This document shows positions 39,412 to 48,900 of a DNA stretch of 64,000 nt, piece after piece. The translations under genes and the position numbers were made by a program. The notes under the pieces are model-generated. The model worked only from the letters and a program-made list of their open reading frames with translations, ran no database searches and was not told the DNA's origin. Each line of letters begins with the position of its first letter. Positions within the stretch are counted from its first letter, which is position 1. The stretch comes from Clostridia bacterium (GTDB lineage Bacteria; Bacillota; Clostridia; Oscillospirales; CAG-272), in NCBI GenBank assembly GCA_017461475.1, contig JAFTXX010000014.1, positions 20,779 through 84,778 on the forward strand, in the 5' to 3' direction.

Positions 39412-39734
39412 TAAATGTCGTATATGACGAAGCCTGCGGCATCACGATGACAGGGCACGCGGGACAAGCCCCGAGGGGGCAGGATATAGTCTGCGCGGGA
39501 GCCTCGGCAATAGTAATATCACTTGCCGAAATGCTTGAACGAAATAGTGAAGAGCTGATAGAGCGCGGTATACTGCTTGAAAGCGGCAGGGCAAGCATAA
39601 AGGTGGTGCCTCGCGGCGCCTTTAAAAATTGTTGTGAGGGCGCGTTTGAGATGGCTATGTGCGGGTTGGAGCTACTTTCGGAGCAATATCCCGATTACAT
39701 ATGTGTTTCCCGCGTTGCGGGGAATGGCGAATGA
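39408..39734 (+). CDS. prp: Prp ribosomal-processing-type cysteine protease (phage-encoded)
   Basis: GHAG...DIVCAGAS catalytic His/Cys; C-terminal L..QYPDYI. Confidence 0.92.
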   Translation: MINVVYDEACGITMTGHAGQAPRGQDIVCAGASAIVISLAEMLERNSEELIERGILLESGRASIKVVPRGAFKNCCEGAFEMAMCGLELLSEQYPDYICVSRVAGNGE

Positions 39735-39838
39735 TATATCGCCGTTGGCAATATTGATGAGGCTATTTGCTGTTTGCCTACGGCTAACAGGCAAATAGCA
39801 ACCATAATTCATCACATCGACGAAGTCGATATATCATT
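39730..39838. repeat. Long imperfect inverted repeat (about 110 nt)
   Basis: aatgatatatcg/cgatatatcatt, gatga/tcatc and gctatttgc-tgtt/aacaggcaaatagc arms. Confidence 0.7.
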
Positions 39839-39865
39839 TATCATTCATCATTTACAACACAGGGC

Positions 39866-39933
39866 TCGCCCACCTGACGGGCAGAAGGTTTCGCCCACCT
39901 GACGGGCAGACGGTCGACGACCTATTCGTCAGA
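39866..39933 (+). repeat. Tandem hairpin repeats in the scaffold gene leader
   Basis: tcgcccacctgacgggcaga x2 (39866-39885, 39891-39910) plus the variant tcgacgacctattcgtcaga abutting the RBS. Confidence 0.8.
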
Positions 39934-39943
39934 AAGGAGTCAT

Positions 39944-40918
39944 ATGAAACTGACTCGTAATTTCGATCTTTTGCAGATGTTTGCGGAGGGCGGTGGAGAC
40001 GGTGGCGCATCCGCGGGCAGTGAAGGATCGGTATTGCCCGGAGCAGAGACGGGGGGAGATGATCCTTTTGTCAACGCACCGAAAAAGGCAAAAGAATTGT
40101 ACGCTAAGATGCGCGCTGAGCGTGAGGGAGACGTCCCAGCTTCGGCAGAAGCGGCATCGGCGCAGGTGACCACCGCTAAAGAGGAAGCGCCCGGGGCGAC
40201 CGCGGCGAAGAAGCCTACCTTCAAGGAGCTCATTGCAAGTGAGGACTACAAGGCTGACTACGAGCGGCATATTCAAAAAGCGCTCAAGGACCGCACAAAG
40301 CGACACGATACCGAAATGGGAGAGGTCAATGAGATACTTTCTCTCGTCGGACAAAAATATGGGCTTGACATTGAGTCGGAGGGCTTCAGAGCCGAGCTTA
40401 CCAAGGCTTTACAGAACGATGACAGCGTATACGAAAAATACGCTGAGGAGCACGATATGCCGCTGGAGGAAGCAAGGACAGTTGTGCAATTGAAGCAACA
40501 GCTTGAACGCGCCAACAAGGCGGCAGAGCAGAGGCGGGAGATGGAAGCTGAGAACAGAATCATAGCCGCGCTGAGAAAGAGCGCGGAGGAGACGGTGGCG
40601 AAATACCCTGATTTTGATCTTGAAGCCGCTATGCAGGACGAGCGTTTCCGTCAGCTCACAAGAGCCTGGAACGGAAATACGACCCTTGCATATGAATCGC
40701 TCAATCACACCGTTCTTGTCGAGGAGGCAGAAAGACGCGCGGCGGCTGAAGCCACACAGGCGGTAGCCAACAGCGTAAGAGCAAATCTGTCAAGACCCGC
40801 TGAGGGCGGAATTTCCTCATCAAACAATACAGCGTCCGCCGCGCCCGATTTTGAGGCTATGGACCTCGGTCAGCTTCGCGCGTGGGCGGCAAAACAAAAT
40901 CACAGGATGAGGAGATAA
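39944..40918 (+). CDS. Capsid scaffolding protein with Prp-cleavable leader
   Basis: N-terminal FDLLQMFAEGG; helical and acidic; precedes the capsid gene. Confidence 0.8.
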   Translation: MKLTRNFDLLQMFAEGGGDGGASAGSEGSVLPGAETGGDDPFVNAPKKAKELYAKMRAEREGDVPASAEAASAQVTTAKEEAPGATAAKKPTFKELIASEDYKADYERHIQKALKDRTKRHDTEMGEVNEILSLVGQKYGLDIESEGFRAELTKALQNDDSVYEKYAEEHDMPLEEARTVVQLKQQLERANKAAEQRREMEAENRIIAALRKSAEETVAKYPDFDLEAAMQDERFRQLTRAWNGNTTLAYESLNHTVLVEEAERRAAAEATQAVANSVRANLSRPAEGGISSSNNTASAAPDFEAMDLGQLRAWAAKQNHRMRR

Positions 40919-40942
40919 CGGTCTCCTCGAAAGGAGAAAAAT

Positions 40943-41923
40943 ATGAAAAATAATTTTGCGCTTGACCTTCAGCTTTTCGCTTTTACCGATGCGCCCGCAT
41001 CGATGACTAAGACTGCAACCGGCGAGATGTCTTCCACTATGAAGACCTTTTACAACAAGAGTCTTCTTGAGAACGCCCGTGAGGAGTCGGTGTTTGACCA
41101 GTTTGCGATGCCCACTCCCATGACCCACGGCAAGACCGCCGAATGGCGCAGATGGAAGACCTTCGCTCCCGCTACCACCCCACTTGAAGAGGGCGTAATT
41201 CCCAACGGTCACACCTTCGGAATGGAGGCTGTTACGGCGGGGCTTTCCCAGCACGGTGATTATACTCCTATATCGGATGTTCTTGAGATGACCGCTTTTG
41301 ATCCCGTTATTTATGGGGCGACTGAGGAGATGGGCGCGGCGGGCGCGGAGACCTCGGATATTCTTATCCGAAACGATCTGCTGACAGGAACAAATCAGAT
41401 CTATGCGGGCGCAAAGTCGAGCAAGAGCAGCCTTGCTGCCGCCGATACCATTACACCCGCGCTGATCAACAAGGCTGTGACCTTCCTCAAGAAGATGCGC
41501 GCGCCTAAGATCAATGGATACTATGTAGCGGTCATTCATCCCTCAGTTGCGGAGGATCTTCGTAACAGTGAGGAATGGAAGGAATTTCACAAGTACAACG
41601 ATACCTCTCCCATCTTCAAGGGAGAGATCGGTGAGCTTCACGGTGTGAAGTTTATCGAGTCTAATTTTGCCAAGGTCGACAGCGGCACGAATATCAAGGT
41701 ATATTCCACTATGATCTTCGGCAAGGATGCCTTCGGTAAGCTTGGTATTACGGGCGGCGAAATGCAGATGATCATACACGGTAAAAATGAGATCGGAGGT
41801 CCTCTCGATCAGTTCTCCACCGTTGGCTACAAGTTTATGCACGGCGCGAGAGTGCTGTATGAGGAAAGACTCATCAACCTTTGGACTGCATCCTCCTATG
41901 GGGATGAGGATGATGTAAACTAA
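40943..41923 (+). CDS. Major capsid protein (N4-gp56-like family) with Prp-cleavable leader
   Basis: N-terminal LDLQLFA; PLEEGVIP, GEIGELHGVKF and PLDQFSTVGYK motifs. Confidence 0.9.
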   Translation: MKNNFALDLQLFAFTDAPASMTKTATGEMSSTMKTFYNKSLLENAREESVFDQFAMPTPMTHGKTAEWRRWKTFAPATTPLEEGVIPNGHTFGMEAVTAGLSQHGDYTPISDVLEMTAFDPVIYGATEEMGAAGAETSDILIRNDLLTGTNQIYAGAKSSKSSLAAADTITPALINKAVTFLKKMRAPKINGYYVAVIHPSVAEDLRNSEEWKEFHKYNDTSPIFKGEIGELHGVKFIESNFAKVDSGTNIKVYSTMIFGKDAFGKLGITGGEMQMIIHGKNEIGGPLDQFSTVGYKFMHGARVLYEERLINLWTASSYGDEDDVN

Positions 41924-41941
41924 TATTAAAGGAGCTTGGTT

Positions 41942-42172
41942 ATGGCAGAAAACAAAATGAAGGAGATATTTCTTCCCTTGATCGACGGAGAGAACGCGCC
42001 CACAGAGCAGTTCGTGGGTTTTAACGGAAAGGCTTATCGTATCAAGCGCGGTGAGACGGTAAAGGTCCCCGAGGGGGTATATAACATTCTTATGGAATCG
42101 CAGGAGGCGAAGAACCGAGCTATCCGTGAAAAGCAGAAGAGAGGTATCAAAAGGGCAAAGGACGGCGATTGA
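41942..42172 (+). CDS. Small conserved phage protein
   Basis: VGFNGKAYRIKRGETVKVP; AAAGGAG RBS. Confidence 0.7.
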   Translation: MAENKMKEIFLPLIDGENAPTEQFVGFNGKAYRIKRGETVKVPEGVYNILMESQEAKNRAIREKQKRGIKRAKDGD

Positions 42173-42209
42173 TGTTGCCCTGTTGTCGAATGATATATCA
42201 TTTACGAAT

Positions 42210-42247
42210 GGGGGGACTCCCATAAGAGTCCCCCCATATCGTATAAT
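42210..42247 (+). promoter_or_regulatory. Late promoter motif 2
   Basis: GGGGGGACTC-N22-TATAAT; also palindromic (ggggggactc/gagtcccccc). Confidence 0.75.
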
Positions 42248-42276
42248 ATAGGCAAATATAAAAGGAGGTTGGAAAA

Positions 42277-42654
42277 ATGACGATTATGGAGGCAATATCC
42301 GCGGCCGACGGTCTGCGGAACAACCATATAGATGAGCAGATAAAGAAAGCGTGGCTTTCCGAGCTTGACGGAAGAATTTTTTATGAGTTGATCAGACCTT
42401 ACGGAAAACAGGACGAATTTACAGGGTATGGGGCAGATACGGCATCAGACACCGCGCTTATCGTGCCTTATCCTTACGATAGCTTATATGTCACCTATCT
42501 TGAAATGCAGATAGCGCGTCAGAACAATGAAATGCCCCGCTATAACAACGCGGCTGTCGTATTTAACGAGCAGTATAGCGCCTTCAGACGGTGGTACAGC
42601 AGGAATAATGTCAAGCCCTCTGTCGGAATAAGCTTTCCTACAAGGGGGAACTGA
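42277..42654 (+). CDS. Putative head-tail adaptor
   Basis: Position; WLSELDG..PYPYD.LY..YL..QI..E..RYNN pattern. Confidence 0.6.
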   Translation: MTIMEAISAADGLRNNHIDEQIKKAWLSELDGRIFYELIRPYGKQDEFTGYGADTASDTALIVPYPYDSLYVTYLEMQIARQNNEMPRYNNAAVVFNEQYSAFRRWYSRNNVKPSVGISFPTRGN

Positions 42655-42655
42655 T

Positions 42656-44737
42656 ATGTACGCTCCGAGATTATATGAAACAGAGGTTGGCAGAGAGACG
42701 GTTCAGGAGTTTCTCGGCTACAACCATAACCTTCGCATAGGCAACGGTGAGTTTTATGATATGAAAAATCTGACGAGCAGGTATTATCCCGTGCTCTCCC
42801 CGAGAGATCGGCGGGGTATCGTGCGGACGGTAGATAACTGCAACGGTCTGCTCGCAAAGGACGAGCTTTGTGTTATTGAGGGGAATACGCTCCGCTACGG
42901 CTCCTTTTCGATGCAGCTTGCCCCTTCGGTGAGCGGCGAGCGGCAGCTCGTATCAATGGGGGCTTATATCTTAGTTTTTCCCGATATGATGTACGTAAAT
43001 ACGTCGGATACTTCGGACCTTGGAAATATATCGGCGGGGAAGTCAGTTTATTCGGCTGTTGAGCTTTCTGTCTGTAACGCCGTGGGTGAGGATATAGGCG
43101 CAATGTATATAACAAAAAACGGGCGCTGCATAGGAGTTGGCGCGAACGCAAGGGAGAAATATCTGGACGAGCTGTATATAGCAGATGAGGAACGGGAATT
43201 TTACTATTTCGGATTCATCGGCAACGGTGTGTCCGGCACACAGATAACATTACCCTTTGGCGGCTTTATGGAAAATACAAGGGTGGCAGATTACGTTATC
43301 GGAGATGAAAGCATCGTGGCTCTCGTACCCGACACAGCAGATTGGAGCGGTAAGCCCTTTCAATGCCTTGCGCCGGGCAAGACTACCGTTACCGCTACAT
43401 TTGAAGATGACGGAAGCTCACAGGTATATACGATAGTTGTACTGAGCATAGACACTCCTCGGGGAGGGGACTACTGGTTAAGATGCGCGGACGATTACGA
43501 AACTGAGGCTTATGTATATTCGGGAGAGAAAGGCGAGTGGGAACAAGTTACCACGTATGTGAAGCTTTCGGTATCGGGAATAGGCGGGCTGTTTTCGGAG
43601 GTTGACAGCTGTAGGTTTTGTATTACCTCGAGCCACTCCGCCTGTAAGAGTCTTATGAAGCTGTATAAGGAGTACACGTACATATCACCAATAAAGTATG
43701 ACACGGATTGGGTGGTCATTCCCGGCAGCTTGTTTATGTGTGACAGGGCAAGTATAACAGGAACGATGACGCTGGACTTTTCTTTGCCCCTTATGGATAT
43801 GGTCTTTGAAAGCGGAAACCGACTGTGGGGCTGTAGGTACGGTAAGAATATTGACGGAAAATTTGTCAACGAGATATACGCGTCGGAGCTTGGAAATTTC
43901 CGCAGCTTTTATTCCTTTCGCGGTATAAGCACTGACAGTTACGCCGTCTCTCTCGGCTCTGACGGAGCCTTTACGGGGGCTGTAAGCTTTCAGGGGAAGC
44001 CTATGTTTTTCAAGAATAACTGCTGTCATACAATTTACGGCGCGTATCCGTCCTCCTATCAGCTTGTAAATAACGGCGACGTGGGGGTAGCGGCGGGCTC
44101 AGGGAAGAGCCTGTGCGTGATAGGAGGTGTTCTTTACTATCACGGCAGAGACGGTGTTTATAGATATAGCGGTGCGGGAAGTGAGATGATCTCGGGAGCT
44201 CTCGGAAAGGGAAACTTTAAAAATGCCGTGGGAGGCTCGTGCGACAGAAAATATTATTTGTCTATGGATGATGCGAATAATGAAGCTGTTCTTTTTGTTT
44301 TCGATACGGTAAACGGAATATGGCATAAGGAGGAGGCTGCCCATATTGAACATTTCGCCGCTTTTAACGGGGATCTGTATTTTATCGGTAACGATCAGCT
44401 GTGTACCATAGGAGGCTCCGCGGGAGAACCTGAGAAGGATATCGAGTGGTTTGCCGAGACGGGACGGATAGGATTTATATATCCCGACAGTCAGTATGTC
44501 GGAAAAATACAACTCAGAATGACCTTGCCTGTGGGATCGAGCGTAAATCTCTACATCGAGTACGATTCGGATGGATATTGGGAAGCTCTCGGCAGTATGG
44601 AGGGGAGAAACTCTGTAAGCTTTTCTATTCCCGTAATGCCTAGCAGATGCGACCATTTTCGGATAAAGCTTTCGGGCATAGGTGAGTGTAAGATATACAG
44701 CATCACCAAGACCTTAGAGGTGGGAGGTGAACTGTAA
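42656..44737 (+). CDS. Putative tail nozzle/stabilisation protein (podovirus-type)
   Basis: 693 aa beta-rich protein in the position of a podovirus tail protein. Confidence 0.6.
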   Translation: MYAPRLYETEVGRETVQEFLGYNHNLRIGNGEFYDMKNLTSRYYPVLSPRDRRGIVRTVDNCNGLLAKDELCVIEGNTLRYGSFSMQLAPSVSGERQLVSMGAYILVFPDMMYVNTSDTSDLGNISAGKSVYSAVELSVCNAVGEDIGAMYITKNGRCIGVGANAREKYLDELYIADEEREFYYFGFIGNGVSGTQITLPFGGFMENTRVADYVIGDESIVALVPDTADWSGKPFQCLAPGKTTVTATFEDDGSSQVYTIVVLSIDTPRGGDYWLRCADDYETEAYVYSGEKGEWEQVTTYVKLSVSGIGGLFSEVDSCRFCITSSHSACKSLMKLYKEYTYISPIKYDTDWVVIPGSLFMCDRASITGTMTLDFSLPLMDMVFESGNRLWGCRYGKNIDGKFVNEIYASELGNFRSFYSFRGISTDSYAVSLGSDGAFTGAVSFQGKPMFFKNNCCHTIYGAYPSSYQLVNNGDVGVAAGSGKSLCVIGGVLYYHGRDGVYRYSGAGSEMISGALGKGNFKNAVGGSCDRKYYLSMDDANNEAVLFVFDTVNGIWHKEEAAHIEHFAAFNGDLYFIGNDQLCTIGGSAGEPEKDIEWFAETGRIGFIYPDSQYVGKIQLRMTLPVGSSVNLYIEYDSDGYWEALGSMEGRNSVSFSIPVMPSRCDHFRIKLSGIGECKIYSITKTLEVGGEL

Positions 44738-44895
44738 TGATACCTCTGACTACTGAAATAAATCCCTTGGGAGCTACGACCGAGCAAAGACAGAACGAGC
44801 TTATCCGTCAGCTTCGTATTCAGAACGAGGAGCTGAAGGTGATAATAAACGATATATACAATGAGCTGAACAACATAAAGGAGGGCAAAGGGTGA
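44737..44895 (+). CDS. Small coiled-coil protein (52 aa, not in the ORF track)
   Basis: GGAGG RBS; overlaps both neighbours. Confidence 0.55.
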   Translation: MIPLTTEINPLGATTEQRQNELIRQLRIQNEELKVIINDIYNELNNIKEGKG

Positions 44896-45953
44896 GCTAC
44901 AAATATCAAAGAGGCGGGACATACAGCTCCCGAAACCGCGATGAGATAGACAAGCTGACAGAGAAATATACAAATAGGGGGGAGTTTGAGTATTCCCCCG
45001 AAAGCGACGAGGCGTTCAAGTCCTACGCGCAGATGATGCGAAGGGAGGGGAGTCTCGCTATGAAGGATACTGTGGGGCAGGCTTCTGCCCTGACGGGCGG
45101 ATACGGCAATTCTTACGCGCAGACGGCGGGACAGCAGGTATTCAATGATTATATAAGCGAGCTTGGAGCGGCTGAGAGCGATTTTTATGACAGAGCGCTT
45201 TCAAGATATAACGCGGAAGGGAATGACATCCTTAGTCGCATCGGCGTTCTTGAAAACAGAGAGACGGCTGACAGGGCGGCGTGGGAGGAAGATTATGCAA
45301 AGGACTATTCCTCGGCTTTAGCTAAGAATGACATTGCGGCGCTTGCTGAGATACTCGGAATAAGTGAGGAAGACTACAAAGAGACCTATGTAAATTCGCA
45401 GAGAACGCCGCTTAGCGAGGAGCAGATACAGGGATATATCAACGCTTTGCAGAATGGAGACACAGCCAAAGGAGATTATTACAGCTACCTTGTGAATGGC
45501 GGCTACGATACCGACGGACTTCTTGATGAGGTTGCGGCAAAAATAGCATCGGGAGAAACACAGGGGCTTGGCATTGAAGGTGAGGTGACATATGATGAGA
45601 ACGGTAATGCTGAGGACGGCAGAACGGTCAAGTCGTCCTATATTACCAATGACAGCGTAAACAACAGAGTAAAAGGACTCAGTAACTATAACGAAGGACA
45701 GAATTTCCATATACAAATGCACGAGAATACTCACGGCTCTGGCGATAATCTCGAAGTGGAGCTCGGTGCGGAGGTGACGGACAATGCGGCACTGACAAAT
45801 AAAGCGAAAAGCTACACGGGACTACTTGCCGACGGTAATACGCTTTACTATATGGCGAACGGCAGAGTCTATAAGGTCGAGCCTCTCGGATGGGGTAAGG
45901 CTGATGAATATAACAAGATCATTGAACATATGAAGAGCTACAAAGGAGCGTAA
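44892..45953 (+). CDS. Putative internal virion/ejection protein
   Basis: AMKDTVGQASALTGGYGNSYAQTAGQQ motif; precedes the giant gene. Confidence 0.6.
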   Translation: MSYKYQRGGTYSSRNRDEIDKLTEKYTNRGEFEYSPESDEAFKSYAQMMRREGSLAMKDTVGQASALTGGYGNSYAQTAGQQVFNDYISELGAAESDFYDRALSRYNAEGNDILSRIGVLENRETADRAAWEEDYAKDYSSALAKNDIAALAEILGISEEDYKETYVNSQRTPLSEEQIQGYINALQNGDTAKGDYYSYLVNGGYDTDGLLDEVAAKIASGETQGLGIEGEVTYDENGNAEDGRTVKSSYITNDSVNNRVKGLSNYNEGQNFHIQMHENTHGSGDNLEVELGAEVTDNAALTNKAKSYTGLLADGNTLYYMANGRVYKVEPLGWGKADEYNKIIEHMKSYKGA

Positions 45954-45956
45954 GCT

Positions 45957-48900
45957 ATGGCGCAAAGAATGAGTGTAGACGAGGCGTGGAAGCGCACGCA
46001 AAAAAGATATCTTTCCACACAGGCAATGGCGGCAAGCCACAATATGTCTGATTTCGAAAAAAAATACAGCTCTGACTATCTGTCGAGCTGGCGTAGATCG
46101 GGAGAGCTTTCGGATTATTATGCCGCTATCGAGAAGCAGTTGAGCTCCGCGAGGACGCTGAGGGACTATTACGAGCTTTACGGGAACGACGAGCAGAAGG
46201 GGTATATTTCTGCCCTTGATGAGGCGATAGGCGGCTACAGCGGCGTTCTGAATGAGCGCAGTAAGGTGGAGGAGCTTTACGGCGCGTATTCATCGGAGGG
46301 GGCGTGGAAGTCTGCCGTTGCTAAAAGTGAGGCGGATATAGCCGAAAATAACCGGTTGCAGGGCTTGAACATCGAGGAGCTTTCGGCGCAGTCTGCTGAT
46401 CTTGGAGAGCAGATACGAACGCTTAATCAGAAGAAAATACGGACTATAAGAGAAGAGGGGCTCACTCAGGATGAGCGCACGGAGTATGATAACCAAATAA
46501 AAAAATTACAGAGTCAGAAAAAGAATATTGACTCCGATATAGAAAAGGCGAATAAATTGACAAGGCTTGGGGAGCTTGAAGCGGTAGAGAATAACGAGGA
46601 TTTTGAGCTCGCCTCTGCCTTTGATGATAGCGTGCAGAGCAGTACATATCGCATTATAAACGGTCTTTCTCTTTACGACGCGAACGTAAGAGAGGGCAAG
46701 CGCATCGAGGAGGACGGATGGCACTATGATGTGGGTCAGAGCTCCGAGGATGCCATCTTTGCGGAGCATATGACATCCGAGGAAAAGAAGCGGTATAACG
46801 CTCTGTATTATGACGACCCCGCAAAAGCCAAGGAATATCTTGACGCTTTAGACCCCATCATAGCGTCGCGTGCGGCTGCCTCGGCGTATCAATACGGTCG
46901 GGAGCATCCCGTTCTCGGTACATTAGCTTCTGTGTACTCAAACGCCACGGGAGCAGTGACGCAGTTCGGCTCGATGGTGAAGTTTGAGGATGTCGGATAT
47001 AATCAATCCGCTAATTTGTCCACCTCTCTGCGCTCGGGGGTATCGTCAGAGATGAGTCCGCTTGGCAGCTTCCTGTATAACACAGGTGTGTCGGCGGCAG
47101 AATCCTTACTTGCGTCAATGGTACCCTATGCGGGCGAGGCTATGCTTGCGCTGTCCTCGGCGGCGTCGACGCAGAATGATATCCTCAGCAGAGGCGGAAC
47201 GGGCGCTCAGGCGATGATAGGCGGTCTTGCCGCGGGCGTGGCGGAGGCTTTCTTTGAGCACGTCTCTCTGAGCTCTCTCCGCTCAATGCAGCCTACCGAG
47301 ATAGTGTCAAGCTTTAAGAGCTTTATGGGTAACGTAGGTAAGGAGATGCTGACAAACGCCGGCGAGGAGGCGGCAACCGAGTTTGCAAACATAATGACAG
47401 ATACGTTTATTATGGGCGAGCTTTCAAGCTTCAATACACTTGCGGATAAATATGCGGCAAAGGGTATGAGTGAGACCGAGGCCATGTGGAATGCCGCTCT
47501 TGCGCTTGCCGGACAGATAGGCGAGGCGGCGGCATCAGGCGCTGTGATGGGTCTTGGCTTTTCGTCGGTTGGAGGAGGTGTCGGTCTTTCGCAAAACTAT
47601 GCGGCGGGTCAAAGCATCATAAATGGCAAGAACGATTTTTTCGTGGATGATGTTTTAAACGATTCGCAGATCCTTTTCAATGATGAAGCCGTGAAAGCCG
47701 CAAAGGACGAGGATGCTGCCTTGATAAAGCAGGCAAAAAAGCTTTCTCAGAAGGTTGCTGAGAAAAAGGACAGCAGATCTCCCGCCCAGGCGATCCGAGT
47801 TGGCGCGTTGGCAAAAGAGGTTATGAAAGAGGAAGTCAAGCTCGTGATGAAGGAGTTGAACGAGACGGCAACGCGGAATGTAGCAAAGGCGGCACAGACC
47901 GCCGAGGCGGAGGGGAACATGGCAACCGCATCGGGGCAGGGCGCGGAGATAAGGCGGAGTAGCGGTCTCCCGATAGTCAGGGCTGAGGGGCAGGAGCTTT
48001 CGGAGATATTTGTGGAGAGGGACGGGGAGGTTGTTTCTCTTGAGGACGTTTCCGTGGAGGACGTCGATCTGGCTGTTGCGTACTCTCTCGCGGTCACTAC
48101 AGGCTCTGTGGAGGCGGCGAACGCCTTTATAGACGCTTATGCCTCCGAGGAGGAGAAGGCTTCTCCCGTGGCGTTCTGGAGCGCGTGGATGGGTATTATG
48201 ACCGACGGGCAAACTCTTCGCACTACAGAGGAGAATATGCAGAGGGCCTTTGCCGAGTATGGAGACCAGCTCAGCCAAGAGGCAAAGCTTGCGGCGTGGC
48301 TTGCGGGGGTGGAGCTGAAGCAGGCGGAGCGCAAGCGTAAGCTTGAAGCGGCAAACTCTGCGAGAATGGCGAGGGAAACATCTGAAAGCTCTGCTTCTGA
48401 GGTATTTATGTATCGAAAAAACGGCAGCTTCACCGAGGATAAATATTTCAGAACTCAAATGGCAAAGTGGGAGCGGCTGAAACACGGCGGATATATTAAG
48501 GTCGGCGAGCTTTCAGCAGAGAGCCCGTTGTGTCAGGTCGGTATGCCTGTCGGAACGCTTCGGTATGATGTTGATAAGCTCAAAAAGAATATGACCGATC
48601 ACGCTGATTATCTTGATGTAGAGCTTCTCAAGCAGATCCCTGATATTATAGCAGATCCCGTAGCTATTAGCGAATATCGGGAAGGCAACACAATAAGCGT
48701 TTTCGGTGACATTTTTGTGGGAGACTCTCCGATGATGGTCGGAGTTACAGTTTCCAAGGATAGAGCGGGAAATACTATCAGCAAGGTCAGAACATACAAT
48801 ACCCGTCGTGACGTAGGCAAGCTGATAACGGATGATACTGTGCTGTATCTTGATAAAAACAAAAAGAGAACCCGAAAATGGTTCCAAGCCTGTGGGATAC

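Noticed and set aside
39866-39910. 20-bp direct repeats as a mini CRISPR array
   Set aside because: Only two copies with a 5-bp spacer, and no cas genes in the window.
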